A DNA stretch of 62,900 nucleotides, counting the filler, from Thraustochytrium aureum (taxonomy: Eukaryota), in the NCBI GenBank assembly GCA_012862495.1. It is 7 parts of 4 records of this genome, joined end to end, with 100 filler letters (N's around TTAATTAATTAA, not from the genome) between each part and the next. Parts side by side here need not be neighbours in the genome. Positions count along the whole stretch, not along the records: positions 42,813 to 55,770 come from BLSG01000311.1; positions 55,871 to 58,385 come from BLSG01000312.1; 5 more parts are not named here. One strand, given 5' to 3'. Shown one piece after another: positions 44,810-56,302 of this stretch. The translations under genes and the position numbers were made by a program. Within the stretch, counting starts at the first letter, position 1. Each line of letters opens with the position of its first letter. The notes below the pieces were generated by a model, which was not told where the DNA came from, made no database searches, and worked only from the letters and a program-made list of their open reading frames with translations.

Positions 44810-46486
44810 TTCTTCACGAAAGCCAAGGTGCACGCCAGCCGCCGCGGTACGCCAACGCCACGCGCACCGCTAGACAGCTGCGCCGCTCGTCCGTTCGTCC
44901 GGGGCCGCACAAAGCACGCCAGCGAGGGCGAGTTGGCCCTCGGTGGTTGAGGGGCGAAGGGGGGAAAGTGGGGAAAGGGGGAGGGGGGGAGGCCCCTCAC
45001 AGGTCTCGCACAAGGCAGCTCTCGAAACAGAGCAGGGCACCGATCAGCGAGCCCACCAGCCAGCGCGCCGCGCAGCCAGCGAGCGCGTTCGCGCCTCGAG
45101 TCCGGCTCTGCCTTCCCAGCGTCAGGGCGAGCCCACCACGCCGAAATTGAGGATCCAACCCCAAACTTCGCCGGAACCGCCCAGCCCAGCGCGGCGCTGT
45201 CGTCGCAAGAGTACCGTGTGTACAGCCAGCCAGCTCGCGCGCGCAGTCCGCCTGCGAGCCTGCTCTGCCTGCCTGCCTGCCTGCCTGACTCTGCGCTTGC
45301 GCTGCGTGCGCGCCTTGGTCAAAGCGTGTCTGCTGTGCTCGCGCCACCTTTGCGCTCTGGCACTGTGCATCGGAACTTCCTCTTGTTCGCCTTCACCTAT
45401 CCTCCATTTACCGGCGTAACATTCGCGCCGGCAACTTACGTGTCTTTAAGGTAATTATATAGGGTTAATTTATATGGTTTCCCCGGGGGTAGTTGGGGAG
45501 TGAGCCCAGAGCGGGGCCTTGAGAGGGCGTGCGGCGGTTGTGAGGCGGCAGCGGCGGGAACGTTGTGAGGCGAGGCGGTGGGAACGCGATCGTTCTTTGG
45601 CGTTTGCTGAGAGGGGGCTGCTGCGCGTGGTGGGGGGTACTTGTGAGAACCTCGCGCTTTTTGGCGCTGTGTTATGGTGGCGTGTGCCCAGTTTCTCTCG
45701 CTCATCATACGCGCTGTGAATCGCACAGCACCCGCAGAGCGCACGCGTGTTCTTGTACTGGATGCAGGGCGGCGTTCGGGTGGAGCGCCGTAGGAGAACG
45801 CGTGGGCCTGTGTGAGGGTACGATAAGTACAATTCTGTCGTGCGCGCACACCACGGTTTTGGATCGCACCTGGACGATGCGCTGCTCGCTGTGGAAAGCA
45901 ACGGCGAAGCTCCTGGCAGTGGCTCGTGGAGCGCAGGTTTGGACCGACAATGCACTCGCCGCGGCGATACAGGAGTACTCCTACGACTCGGAGGACGAGT
46001 TTGTACATGGTACTCGACTTGCTTAGCACGCAGAAAACAGGGGTATACCTTTGCCATAATGTTTTACCAATTTTACGAGTNNNNNNNNNNNNNNNNNNNN
46101 NNNNNNNNNNNNNNNNNNNNNNNNNNNNNNNNNNNNNNNNNNNNNNNNNNNNNNNNNNNNNNNNNNNNNNNNNNNNNNNNNNNNNNNNNCCGCGACGACA
46201 TGATGGCTGTCGGACAGGACAGCCTGCCGCGCGCGGGGAAACCGAAAGAAAGAAAATGACATTCGCGTTTTTGGTTTGTTTGACAATCCGGCGCGAATGC
46301 GACGGCACAGGCCGCGCCGTCCTGGCCAAGTTCGGTGGGCTGGTATCGCCCCAGTGCTGGACCAGGCGCGCGCATTGCCTTCGGCAGTTCTTGGCGATGC
46401 GCATCGGGTGGAAGACGGCGCTGCCACAGATTGGGCGGGCCTCGTCGCATCGTTCTCACTTTGTCGGCCGCGCCCTCGCTCGCACT

Positions 46487-46551
46487 CCAGCACCGCTTTT
46501 CCAGCACCGCGTTTCCAGCACCGCGTTTCCAGCTCCGCGTTTCCAGTTCCA
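46487..46551. repeat. 14-bp tandem repeat (ccagcaccgcgttt) x~4
   Basis: ccagcaccgctttt ccagcaccgcgttt ccagcaccgcgttt ccagctccgcgttt ccag. Confidence 0.8.
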
Positions 46552-46734
46552 GTCTTGTCTCCCGACGCGTTGCGCCTCTCCAGCGTGGCGCAGCGTGGCG
46601 CCCCAGTTGGTGCTCTGCCGACGGTCGGCCGGGCGCCTACAACGTTCAACCCAAACCCACCAGCAACATGGGGTCCGCAAACACAGATGCGGGGGAATGA
46701 GCAAGAAACGGAAAGCGGCAGGGACAGCAGCACA

Positions 46735-47577
46735 TCAATCAATTTGAGAACTAACAAGCATGGACAAGATGGGCCGCGGGCCCAGGGGTTTGGCGCCGCT
46801 CTTAAAGGCCTCGCGCGACTCGTAATACTCCCAGCCCAACGAGTCGACGAAATAGTCGCTCGTGCCGATGCGCATCACGTAGCCGTCCTTGAAGCTCGTC
46901 TTGCCCTCCTCCTCCCCCTCGTCGTCGTCCTCGGCCTCAGAGCGGATCTCGTCAATGTCGTCCTCCGCCTCGACCTGCTCCAAGCCGCCAAGACCCTCAT
47001 CCGCGTCGGCGGACGACGGCGGCGGCGGCGGAATCAGCGCCGGATTGAACGAGATGGGCCTGGACGAGACCATCGCCTCCTCCTCCGCCTCCGCCTGAGC
47101 AGCAGCCATTTTCTTCCGCTCGAGCGTGTTTTTGCGCTCCAATGTTCCGTTCCTGCCCTTCTTCTTGCGCTCGAGCGTGCTGCCGCTACCACCAAGCGCG
47201 TTTGTCTTCGCGTAGACCTTGCGAAGGGTGGCTCCCTTTTGCGCCGCGTCGCGGTCCATCCCGGCGGTCGTCCCGCCGTGCTTCATGATGTTGAGCGCAC
47301 GAATCCAGCCGTCCGCCACCTCCTGCGAGTCTGCCCGAAGGTAGAGCGGTTGGTGGTTGGAGCCGGTGATGCTGATGCCGCCCTCTTCGCCCATCTCCTT
47401 GAGCGCGTCGATCTGCGTCGTCGGGGTGATCGGCAAGGTCTTCTTTATGGGCGACCCCTTCTTGTCCGAAAAGGACAAGTAGCCTTCACTGTCCAGCATA
47501 AAGTACCTTTTCTTCCAGTTCTTGCCGCTCTTCATCGCGCGCTTGAGCATGTACCCCTGGATCACCGTGATCGCCAT
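46735..47577 (-). CDS. PH-domain protein
   Basis: 'IQGYMLKRAMKSGKNWKKRYFML...LYLRADSQEVADGWIRAL', followed by a poly-Pro and acidic tail. Confidence 0.88.
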   Translation of the reverse strand: MAITVIQGYMLKRAMKSGKNWKKRYFMLDSEGYLSFSDKKGSPIKKTLPITPTTQIDALKEMGEEGGISITGSNHQPLYLRADSQEVADGWIRALNIMKHGGTTAGMDRDAAQKGATLRKVYAKTNALGGSGSTLERKKKGRNGTLERKNTLERKKMAAAQAEAEEEAMVSSRPISFNPALIPPPPPSSADADEGLGGLEQVEAEDDIDEIRSEAEDDDEGEEEGKTSFKDGYVMRIGTSDYFVDSLGWEYYESREAFKSGAKPLGPRPILSMLVSSQID

Positions 47578-49116
47578 CCTGCCGGGCTCTCACCGCGCGC
47601 GGCGTCGCAGCTTCACTCGAGCGCTCGCGACGCGGCCACCAAAACCCAGCCCCCCAACCCCGTCAACCACCGGAGCAGCAGCCTCGGCCACCGCGCCGAC
47701 CCGGCGCGCACGAGCAGCGCGGCCTGCAGCGCCACCGCCCTTGCAGCCGACCAGCCCCGCGGCGTGCTGCGTCTCGGGCGTCTGTCTCTGCTGCGGCGTC
47801 CTGCGTCTCGCGGAAGGTCGGTCTGCTGCCCGGCGTGGCGCAGCGTGTGCACCGCAGATCAAGAGCCGCCCAAAACAACAATTACCCAAACAACAATTAT
47901 GAAAATTTCGTCAAAACAACAAACAAAGCCAAACAAAGCGCTGAGAAGCAGAACGCAGACCGCTGAGAAGGTACCTCCGAGTCCACCACCTACGTACTGA
48001 GTACGACTAGCTAGTAGAGTACTCTCCTCACCTTACTCTGTGCCACCGTGCACAAATGCAGGGCTCCTCACATGCTTGTTGGATTCTTGCTCCTTTATCG
48101 GGTCCGAGTTTGGTAGTAGAGTACCTCCTTTCGCGTCGTGAAAGTACTACTCGTACTAGTAGTAGGCCTACGCTGGAACCGTGGCTTCTCGTAACCGAAG
48201 AGTGTGTGCCCATGTCAAAGTCCGTCGTTCAAAACACCTACAGGAACAGGCGCACAAGAGTTGGATTTCGCGACGATCCTACACCTTGTCAGCTGTTTGC
48301 TGTGACGAAGAGTCTCAAGGAACAAAACGAACGCAGGAGGAGGCACGCGAAAACGAACAGATTGAACACAGCGATCACGAAGAACAAAGAACAAGGGATC
48401 GCCAAGGTGCGTTCCGTTTGAATCGGCAAGTTCCGATGTTGGCGGATGTTTTTGAATTGGCCGGACGAGTTNNNNNNNNNNNNNNNNNNNNNNNNNNNNN
48501 NNNNNNNNNNNNNNNNNNNNNNNNNNNNNNNNNNNNNNNNNNNNNNNNNNNNNNNNNNNNNNNNNNNNNNNNNNNNNNNNNNNNNNNNNNNNNNNNNNNN
48601 NNNNNNNNNNNNNNNNNNNNNNNNNNNNNNNNNNNNNNNNNNNNNNNNNNNNNNNNNNNNNNNNNNNNNNNNNNNNNNNNNNNNNNNNNNNNNNNNNNNN
48701 NNNNNNNNNNNNNNNNNNNNNNNNNNNNNNNNNNNNNNNNNNNNNNNNNNNNNNNNNNNNNNNNNNNNNNNNNNNNNNNNNNNNNNNNNNNNNNNNNNNN
48801 NNNNNNNNNNNNNNNNNNNNNNNNNNNNNNNNNNNNNNNNNNNNNNNNNNNNNNNNNNNNNNNNNNNNNNNNNNNNNNNNNNNNNNNNNNNNNNNNNNNN
48901 NNNNNNNNNNNNNNNNNNNNNNNNNNNNNNNNNNNNNNNNNNNNNNNNNNNNNNNNNNNNNNNNNNNNNNNNNNNNNNNNNNNNNNNNNNNNNNNNNNNN
49001 NNNNNNNNNNNNNNNNNNNNNNNNNNNNNNNNNNNNNNNNNNNNNNNNNNNNNNNNNNNNNNNNNNNNNNNNNNNNNNNNNNNNNNNNNNNNNNNNNNNN
49101 NNNNNNNNNNNNNNNN

Positions 49117-50253
49117 GTTGACTACCGCGTCATGCCCATGGAGCTGGTCCGCGAGGCGAGCCTGGACGGCGCGCTGCGGGCGCTAGGCCGCATCAAGATC
49201 AAACTGGCGGTCGATGGCTGCGACGGCGACGACCCCGCCGTCAAGGTCTCAGCGGCGACCTGCCAAGAACACGTGCCCTGCCTCAACGGCTGGCGAGCCA
49301 TCTCGAGCCCAGCCGACGTGGGCAAGCGCACAGAGACCGTGCTGGCGCTCAAGGACATGCTCGACGCCGAAGCGCTCGTGGCCCGCTACGACGACGACGC
49401 CGAGGCAACGGCGATGCACCTAGCCCGAGCCGCGCGGATCCTGCCGCTGCGCGTTGACGACTTGGGCGCAGCCGCGGCCTGGCGAGGCGGCCTCGAGGCA
49501 GCAGACAAGACTCGTGACCTCTTCGACATGGCCTTTTCTCTAGAGTGCGAGTTTGGGCCGCGCGCCGCAGCGTTCAAGGCGTGGTCAAAGGTCGCGCGTA
49601 ACGAGCTGACGCTTTTTGCTGTGCGCCCTGCCGCGTCGGTAGCGAGCGTCCTGCAGCACGGGTTTCGGCCGCACTCGGTCCAGGCGCCGTCTCTGTGCAT
49701 TGGGCGAGGCTTGACGTTCTTCCCCTCGGTGCGGGCGGCGGTGCACCACTTTCGCTCGCGAACCTCGCTACCGCCAAGGTCGTGGTACGTGTTTGCTGCC
49801 AAAGTGGCTTGTGGGCGCATTCACGCTGTTCAAGCGCCGGACCGCTGGTTTGAGCGGGCTCCGCGCGGGTATCATTCGGTCTTTGTCGGCACGAGCATGG
49901 AGGAAGACCACGGGAACGAGCCCAAGGACGGCAAGTACGTCGTTTTCGACGGTTCGCAGGTCTTGCCGGTGTCTCTGGCGCGCCTGACCAGCAGCGCCGC
50001 AGAGGAGATGTCGTTGCACGACAAAGGTTCGGTCACGGGAGGGCCGGGCGAACAGCAGGGTATGGCAGCGGAGGGAGACTCGTCTGACGCAGAGTCTGCG
50101 GACGGAGATGGGGGCGCTGCTGCGCCGCCGGCCGAGTCCAGGCCGCGCATGGTGATTTCGGATGACGACGACGAGGACGAGGACGAACAGCTTTCGGCGA
50201 GCCACGTCGCAACGAAGCGAACCTTGGTTCCGTCTAGTGACGAGGAGGACTAG
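49117..50253 (+). CDS. Degenerate PARP-fold (pseudo-ART) protein; 5' end in or before gap
   Basis: 'RNELTLFAV...SVLQHGF...IGRGLTFFPS...YVFAAKVACG...APRGYHSV...GKYVVFDGSQVLP' follows the PARP catalytic-domain pattern but lacks the H-Y-E triad. Confidence 0.65.
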   Translation, partial: VDYRVMPMELVREASLDGALRALGRIKIKLAVDGCDGDDPAVKVSAATCQEHVPCLNGWRAISSPADVGKRTETVLALKDMLDAEALVARYDDDAEATAMHLARAARILPLRVDDLGAAAAWRGGLEAADKTRDLFDMAFSLECEFGPRAAAFKAWSKVARNELTLFAVRPAASVASVLQHGFRPHSVQAPSLCIGRGLTFFPSVRAAVHHFRSRTSLPPRSWYVFAAKVACGRIHAVQAPDRWFERAPRGYHSVFVGTSMEEDHGNEPKDGKYVVFDGSQVLPVSLARLTSSAAEEMSLHDKGSVTGGPGEQQGMAAEGDSSDAESADGDGGAAAPPAESRPRMVISDDDDEDEDEQLSASHVATKRTLVPSSDEED

Positions 50254-50523
50254 GTCAGCGCTGAACGATCGCGGCCCGAACGGGGCGGCCATTCGAAGAC
50301 ACTCTTGCAGGTTCTGGCAAGCTTGTCCAACCCGCGCGGGCGGATGAGCGGGTCCCAAGTGGGATGGGTCTGCATGGCTGCAGCCCGTGCTCTACAAGCT
50401 ACTCGCCTACGCCGTCCGCATGAATTCTTAGGACAACAAAAAGAGTACATTTACAGAGTATGTAGAGTATGTATGTAGAGTGAGTGAGGTAGGCGCCGGC
50501 GGAGACACCGGTTGGAAAGCGAT

Positions 50524-53500
50524 CTAAAACTTGGGGATCCCAAAGACCTCAACGGAGGCAATGCGAAAGTAGCGGTGGAGCTTGCTCGACTTGTCGATGA
50601 TACAATCTTCGGCGAGGCAAAGGGGCTCGTTTGCGTACGTGTTGCACCAGCCCGTGTGGCCAGTAAGGAGGTCCGAGGCAAGGGACAGACCGGGTCCAGC
50701 CTTCTTCTTGCGGAGGTCCATTTTGATGATCTCCTCGTCTGAGAGGTCGTGGATGTCTTCCGGGTCGACGCGGCGACCAGCTTTTGTGACGTAGATTACT
50801 GAGCTTGTTCCAAAGCAGATGTTGCTAAAGGCGCACGTGATAAAGTTGATGCGCGCTTCCTGCTCGATGTGGTCGTCCAACATGTGAGGCTCAACTTCGT
50901 CGAGCGGGTTGTCAAACGAGGCACGCGGGGAAAACCCGCCGTGGTCGCGCGAGCCGCCGTCGGCCGAATCGTCAGCCATGGCGTCCCCCATAGCGGCCGC
51001 AAAGCGCGCTTGCATGGCAGCCATCTCCTCCGTGCCAATCGCCTCGTCGTCCGCGATGACCTTGACAGACGCGTCGCTGTCCTGGGCCATGTCACTCATG
51101 CGCTGGTGGCTCGATGGAACAAACTCTGAGGCGCGGCGCGGACGCGCAGCGAAACGGGACGACAGCGTGAGCGCTTCAATTTCGCTCGCCCTCTTGAGGT
51201 CTTGCTGGCTGTGGCTGTGCGCGTTGGTTTGGCCACCTGTCCTGTACTCGTTGTCCTTGCTGAAAGTGCGCAGGCGCGCGCGCGGAGTGCGCTTACCACC
51301 GGCGATTCCGGCAAAGTCGACGCTGCCCGCAAAGCGCCATGCTTCGGCCTTGTGGCTGGGACCGAGCCGGAACAAAAAGCAAGTCTCGTCGCCAGGGTTG
51401 GGCTCGGCCGTGTTGCGGAACACGCCGGGGTGGTAGGCGCCAAAGACGGAGCCTTGCGAGCCGTCAGGGCGCAGACTCTCGATGAGCAGGATGCTGCCCG
51501 CGATGTTGTCTTGGTTGGAGTGCTCGTAGAGCGTGCGCAAGTTGCGGCCATGAATCTCGGAGCTGTACAGGAGGCGCATCTTGGAAGCCATGTGCCGCGT
51601 CTGGACCGGCAGCCACGACACGAGTCGCGTGGCCATGTCGATCGAGGAGACGGTGCTTGACGTGGGGATGAAGGACTGCGGAAAGTGCGCGGTCATCGTA
51701 TCGTCGCCGAGCTGGAACAGCGAGCCCGGGTGCGAAGGCAGGCTCCTGCGGTTGAGCTCGTCCTTGCGAAGGAGCGACTTTGAACTCATGTTGCGCCAGC
51801 TAAAGGCCGAACCCAAAAACACCTTGAACTCAAAGTGGTCATGCACAGAGTCAAGCCCGTGCACGTCAGGCCCGTTGCCCACGACCTTGTGCATCATCTT
51901 GGCCCCGGCAGCAGAGGACGAGCGCAGGAGGCTGTTTTCGCTGTAGAATCGCATGCCACCGAACCTGTTCTGCACCACGATGATGTTTTCCTCTTCCTTG
52001 CTGTCGATCGTTTCGTGGCTCGGCCGCCGGAGGCGCAGGGTGAGCTCGTTCATTGGGAGCGCCTCCACATGGCGGCGCGCGCTCCTGGGCTGGTCTTGGT
52101 CCCAAGACTTGATAAACTTTGGCGAGGCAACGTCGCGCGAGGCCACGGCATCGTCGCCCTCGTCCTCGCGCGGCTGCGTGCTGATCAGCTGCGAGCTGCT
52201 CCAGGAAGACGTCTCGAACCGCAGAGGAAACCCAAAGTCGTTGTCTGCCATGTCAAAGGTGTGGACGGACTCTATTTCGCCTCCAACAGAGTTGGAGGAA
52301 GCCGACCCGGGATCATCATGGGCCACCTGCTTGGTGTGGCGGAACGCGGTCCGCAAGCCTTGCAGGTCGCGCTTGGTCTCAATGCGGAGGTCGGTCACCC
52401 GCGCTGCTGGTTTGATGACGGGGGGCTCTGGGCTGTGATCGGGCGGGCGGACGAAGCCGGTTTCAAACTCTTCTTCTTCCATGAGCCAGTCCTCGTCCTC
52501 CTCAACGACCTCGGCAGCGACGGGCGAGCCGTCCAGAGCCTGCGTTCCGGCATTTTTCGCGCTTGAGCATGCCTTGCCGCCTTCGGCATGGACAGGCGAG
52601 ACGTCCTTCTGCTCTTCCTCGCCGTCATCCTCCTCTTCGGCAAGGGTGGCCGCCGCTGCGTTGTGGCTCTGCGCGGATGACACCGTTTTGGAGGCGTCGT
52701 CAGCGAGGTCGAAGACCTGAAGGAGCTTGGAGCGGCCGCGGCGCATCGCGTCGCGCGGGTTGCCGGCCTTGCGCAAGTTGAACGGCGCGAGCCGCGGCGA
52801 GGCGAGGTTCTTGATGCTGCCGCTGAACTTTCGCTCGAGAGGGCGCATGGCGTTTAGCAACCGCGAGCCGCCGATGGCGAGCGGCGAGTTGGGCGACTTT
52901 GCTTCGGCGCTGGGCGACCGGGCCTCGCGGCCTGGCGGCTTGACCTCGAGCTTGGTCATGTTGGAGGCCCGCCGCCGCCAGCCTCCGCTCCCAGCGCTGC
53001 GGGGCTCCTCTTGGGCCTTTTCCTCCTCCTCGTCGATTCGCGCACGTGTCGCATCTGCCGCCGACTGGGCCAAGCCCGACGCGTCGCTGGAGCTGCTGGT
53101 CCGGCGCACGCTCAGCATGCCTTCGTCGTCTTTGGAGAGCTTGTTGACCGTGGCCGAGCAAACGCGGCGCACTTTGATGTTGGGCGGCGATTGGTCGCAC
53201 TTGGCCTCGGTGCTTGCGGCCTCCTGTGGTGCTGGTGCCGGTTCCGCGGCCTCGGCCTCGGCCTCGGCCTCGGCCTCGGCCGGCAGCGGCCTGCTCGGAG
53301 CATGACGCTGTCTGCAGAAGGCTGCGCTGCGAGCGCACCGCGAGGCGCGATTCTGGGCGCGAGCCGATTTCGACAAGGCACTCAAAGAAAAGGTCGCGGA
53401 GGTTGACCTGGCCGCGGCTGTAGCGCGCGCAGGACTCGAGCAGGGTGGTGCGCGCGTTCTTTAGGAGCGTGAGCCCAATGCGATAGAGGACCTTTGCGCC

Positions 53501-54428
53501 CTCGACGATGAACGAGTCCAACACTCTGATCACGTAGCGAAGAGGCAGGGTGCAGACGAAGAGGCGCTCGAACCAGCAGAGGAAGAGCAGCTCGATCTCC
53601 TCCTCGTTGCGCGCAAGCTCGCCCAGATTGCGGTGCAGCACGGGGAGGCGCTCGCGAAACAGGTCTATGAAGGTGCGCACGAACACGTGCGACTCGATGC
53701 GGCCGATCGGCAGGAAGTGGTGCGAGCTGTCGCGGTCCTTGCTCCACCGCGTTCCGCGGCGCGAGGAGCTCAGAATCTTGTTGACGGCCGCGAACGTCTC
53801 TTCCTCGGACAGGTAGAGGAGCAGGAGGCAAACGAGGTCGGGGATCTGCGGCGCATACTGCAGGTTCCACTTGGCGTTGATCACGAAGAGCAGGCGTTTC
53901 GCGGCAAGCACGCCGGACTCGTTGAGGGCGTGCTTGTCAAAGACGTTCTCGTCCCAGAGCGCGGTGTGGCTCAGAAAGCGCGCCCCGAACCGGTGCAAGT
54001 GGCCGCTGTGGGCTCTGCGCACCCCGGGCACTGCTTGATCTTGTCCCGGAAGAGGAGCCGGTAGCTCAGCACCGACTCGCGGTACTCGTCCGAGTCGTTT
54101 TCGATGCCCAGGATCGCAAGCCAGGTCCTGCGCCGCATTTCGGCCTCCAAGACGCCGTGTCGGCACTTTTTCTTGAGGGCGGCGCGCACTGCTTTGTCTT
54201 TGACGTTGATGGGCCCTGGGTCGAGCGGTTTTTCAGGGTGCTCGGCAGACATGCGCCACGAGTTCCAAACCTCTGTGTCTCGGTTGTCGTGAATGGCCGC
54301 GTCAGGCTTGCGCGAGAAGGTGCCATGGCCAGAGGTGTGTCGTTTAAGCTCTTTGTTTGTGCTCAGCTTTGGTGTTGTGGGAAACAGGCCGCCGGTTAGA
54401 ATCCCGAGGGCGCTCGTTCGCGGCGAGC
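50524..54428 (-). CDS. Rab-GAP TBC + TLDc domain protein (TBC1D24-like); frameshifts ~53995 and ~53300; start probably in gap
   Basis: TBC 'RHGV...RRRTW...YAPQIPDLVCLLLLYLSEEETF...LPLRYVIRVLDSFIVEGAKVLYRIGLTLL'. TLDc 'LLYSSEIHGRNLRTLY...VFGAY...GDETCFLFRL...GLSL..DL..G...CNTYANEPL...VEVFG'. Confidence 0.87.
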
Positions 54429-55662
54429 NNNNNNNNNNNNNNNNNNNNNNNNNNNNNNNNNNNNNNNNNNNNNNNNNNNNNNNNNNNNNNNNNNNNNNNN
54501 NNNNNNNNNNNNNNNNNNNNNNNNNNNNNNNNNNNNNNNNNNNNNNNNNNNNNNNNNNNNNNNNNNNNNNNNNNNNNNNNNNNNNNNNNNNNNNNNNNNN
54601 NNNNNNNNNNNNNNNNNNNNNNNNNNNNNNNNNNNNNNNNNNNNNNNNNNNNNNNNNNNNNNNNNNNNNNNNNNNNNNNNNNNNCCAGCATGTTTCAGTG
54701 CGCTCTCGTGTTTGGCCCCGTCGTTGTCCCGGTCGTCACTGCTGCCCGCCAGACAGCAGCGCCAGGGCCCGTTGCGTCCGCGCGACAATGACCGACCGCC
54801 TTGTTTTTCCTTCGTCCTATTCAAGGACACTCGATCCGCGGGTCTGCCGCCAGGCGCTCAGCCAGAAGCAAACACGGCCGGGCAGACGGGCAAACGCTCG
54901 TCTTCGCTCGCTCGCTCTCTCTCTCGCGCGCGCGCGCGTGTGCTCTTCGAGGCAGGTCCTGCGCTGCCGGCGCCCCGTGCGAAGCTGCGTTCGAGCTCTG
55001 CCCGAGCTCAGCTCCAGCTTTCTTTCCATAGTGCCGTTCAGCCCCTCACAGCATCCAAAACCAGCGCAGAAAAAAAAGCAGAAAAACCAGCCAAAAACAC
55101 GACCAAAAACCGGAGCCTTTTCGCGATTCTCGCGCGATTCCGCCGCCGCGCGCGGACGGCGCCCGTCACGTCGCCCCCACTGTGACGCGACTTGCGGTCG
55201 CGGTGCGCGCGCAGCTGCGGCGGGTCTTGAGCGGCCAACTGCGCTCGGGCAGAGGGCGCTCTCGCCCGGCGGTTGTGAGGCGTTGCGGCTGTTGTGAGGG
55301 CGGCGTTTGTGTGTGGCCGCGTCCTTGTGAGGGACGTACGAACGAGTGCAATGGCGCGGAGCCGATGGAGAGGGCGCAGTTTCTGGCCCAAAGCGCGCTT
55401 TCCTCCCTCTTTTCTCCGTGCGAAGTCTCACGAGACTCTGAGGGGAAAACGAACCAAAACAAACGCGTTCCCGCCCTCAAGGCTTCGGCCACTGCCTGAG
55501 GGTGGGTGCCCCTGCCTCCGAGCAGTTATTCCAGCTGCACTGAGGAGAAAGCGACAAACGCGCACTGTACTCCGTTCCTGCGAGGAGGAGGACGAAGAGA
55601 TTGACACGTGGACCGGGCGCCCCTCTCACTTGACGTTCTCGAAAGACCCGAATCCATCCGTT

Positions 55663-55718
55663 ACGAACGAACGAACGAACGAACGAACGAACGAACGAAC
55701 GAACGAACGAACGAACGA
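55663..55718. repeat. (AACG)n microsatellite
   Basis: About 14 consecutive acga/aacg units near the scaffold end. Confidence 0.9.
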
Positions 55719-55770
55719 GCAAGAGCCACTGCAGTTTCTTCTTTCTTTTCGTGTCTTTCTTTCTTTCTTT

Positions 55771-55870
55771 NNNNNNNNNNNNNNNNNNNNNNNNNNNNNN
55801 NNNNNNNNNNNNNNTTAATTAATTAANNNNNNNNNNNNNNNNNNNNNNNNNNNNNNNNNNNNNNNNNNNN
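55771..55870. other. Artificial scaffold-joining spacer
   Basis: N44-TTAATTAATTAA-N44. Confidence 0.97.
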
Positions 55871-55872
55871 AA

Positions 55873-56094
55873 TACACGCCAACGACAAACCAATACAGTT
55901 CTTCCGACAACGAAATCCCAACAGAGGATTACACAAGCACAGAGGACGAAATCGACCCGACAGAGTACACGTCAACTGATGGATACTCGTCAACTGGGAA
56001 ACATGACGAAAAGGACTCGTACACAAACGAATACGCCTCTTCAGGCAGCGAGTACGTCGCTTTGGGAAGAAACGCCTCGAGTGACGAATTCTAG
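55873..56094 (+). CDS. 3' fragment of an acidic Ser/Thr/Tyr-rich protein (not in the ORF track)
   Basis: The frame from 55873 reads YTPTTNQYSSSDNEIPTEDYTSTEDEIDPTEYTSTDGYSSTGKHDEKDSYTNEYASSGSEYVALGRNASSDEF-TAG. Confidence 0.4.
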   Translation, partial: YTPTTNQYSSSDNEIPTEDYTSTEDEIDPTEYTSTDGYSSTGKHDEKDSYTNEYASSGSEYVALGRNASSDEF

Positions 56095-56302
56095 CCAGGT
56101 GCATGAATGGAATTCTCGTTTCTCAATTTGCGGGAAATGCGGACTCGTCGAGAATCGTTTCCTGCAGGGAGCTCTCAGGGAAAGGCTATGCCGATAGCAA
56201 GCGCATGGAGCGCCTTCATAGGATCAGTAGCGAAGCCATGGTGGCTCTAACACACACGAGAGAGAAGAATGATTTCCAAATACCCTTTGTCACTAGCTCT
56301 AG

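Noticed and set aside
45565..46026. 153-aa plus-strand ORF
   Set aside because: There is no clear ATG context or motif, and the composition is not convincingly coding.
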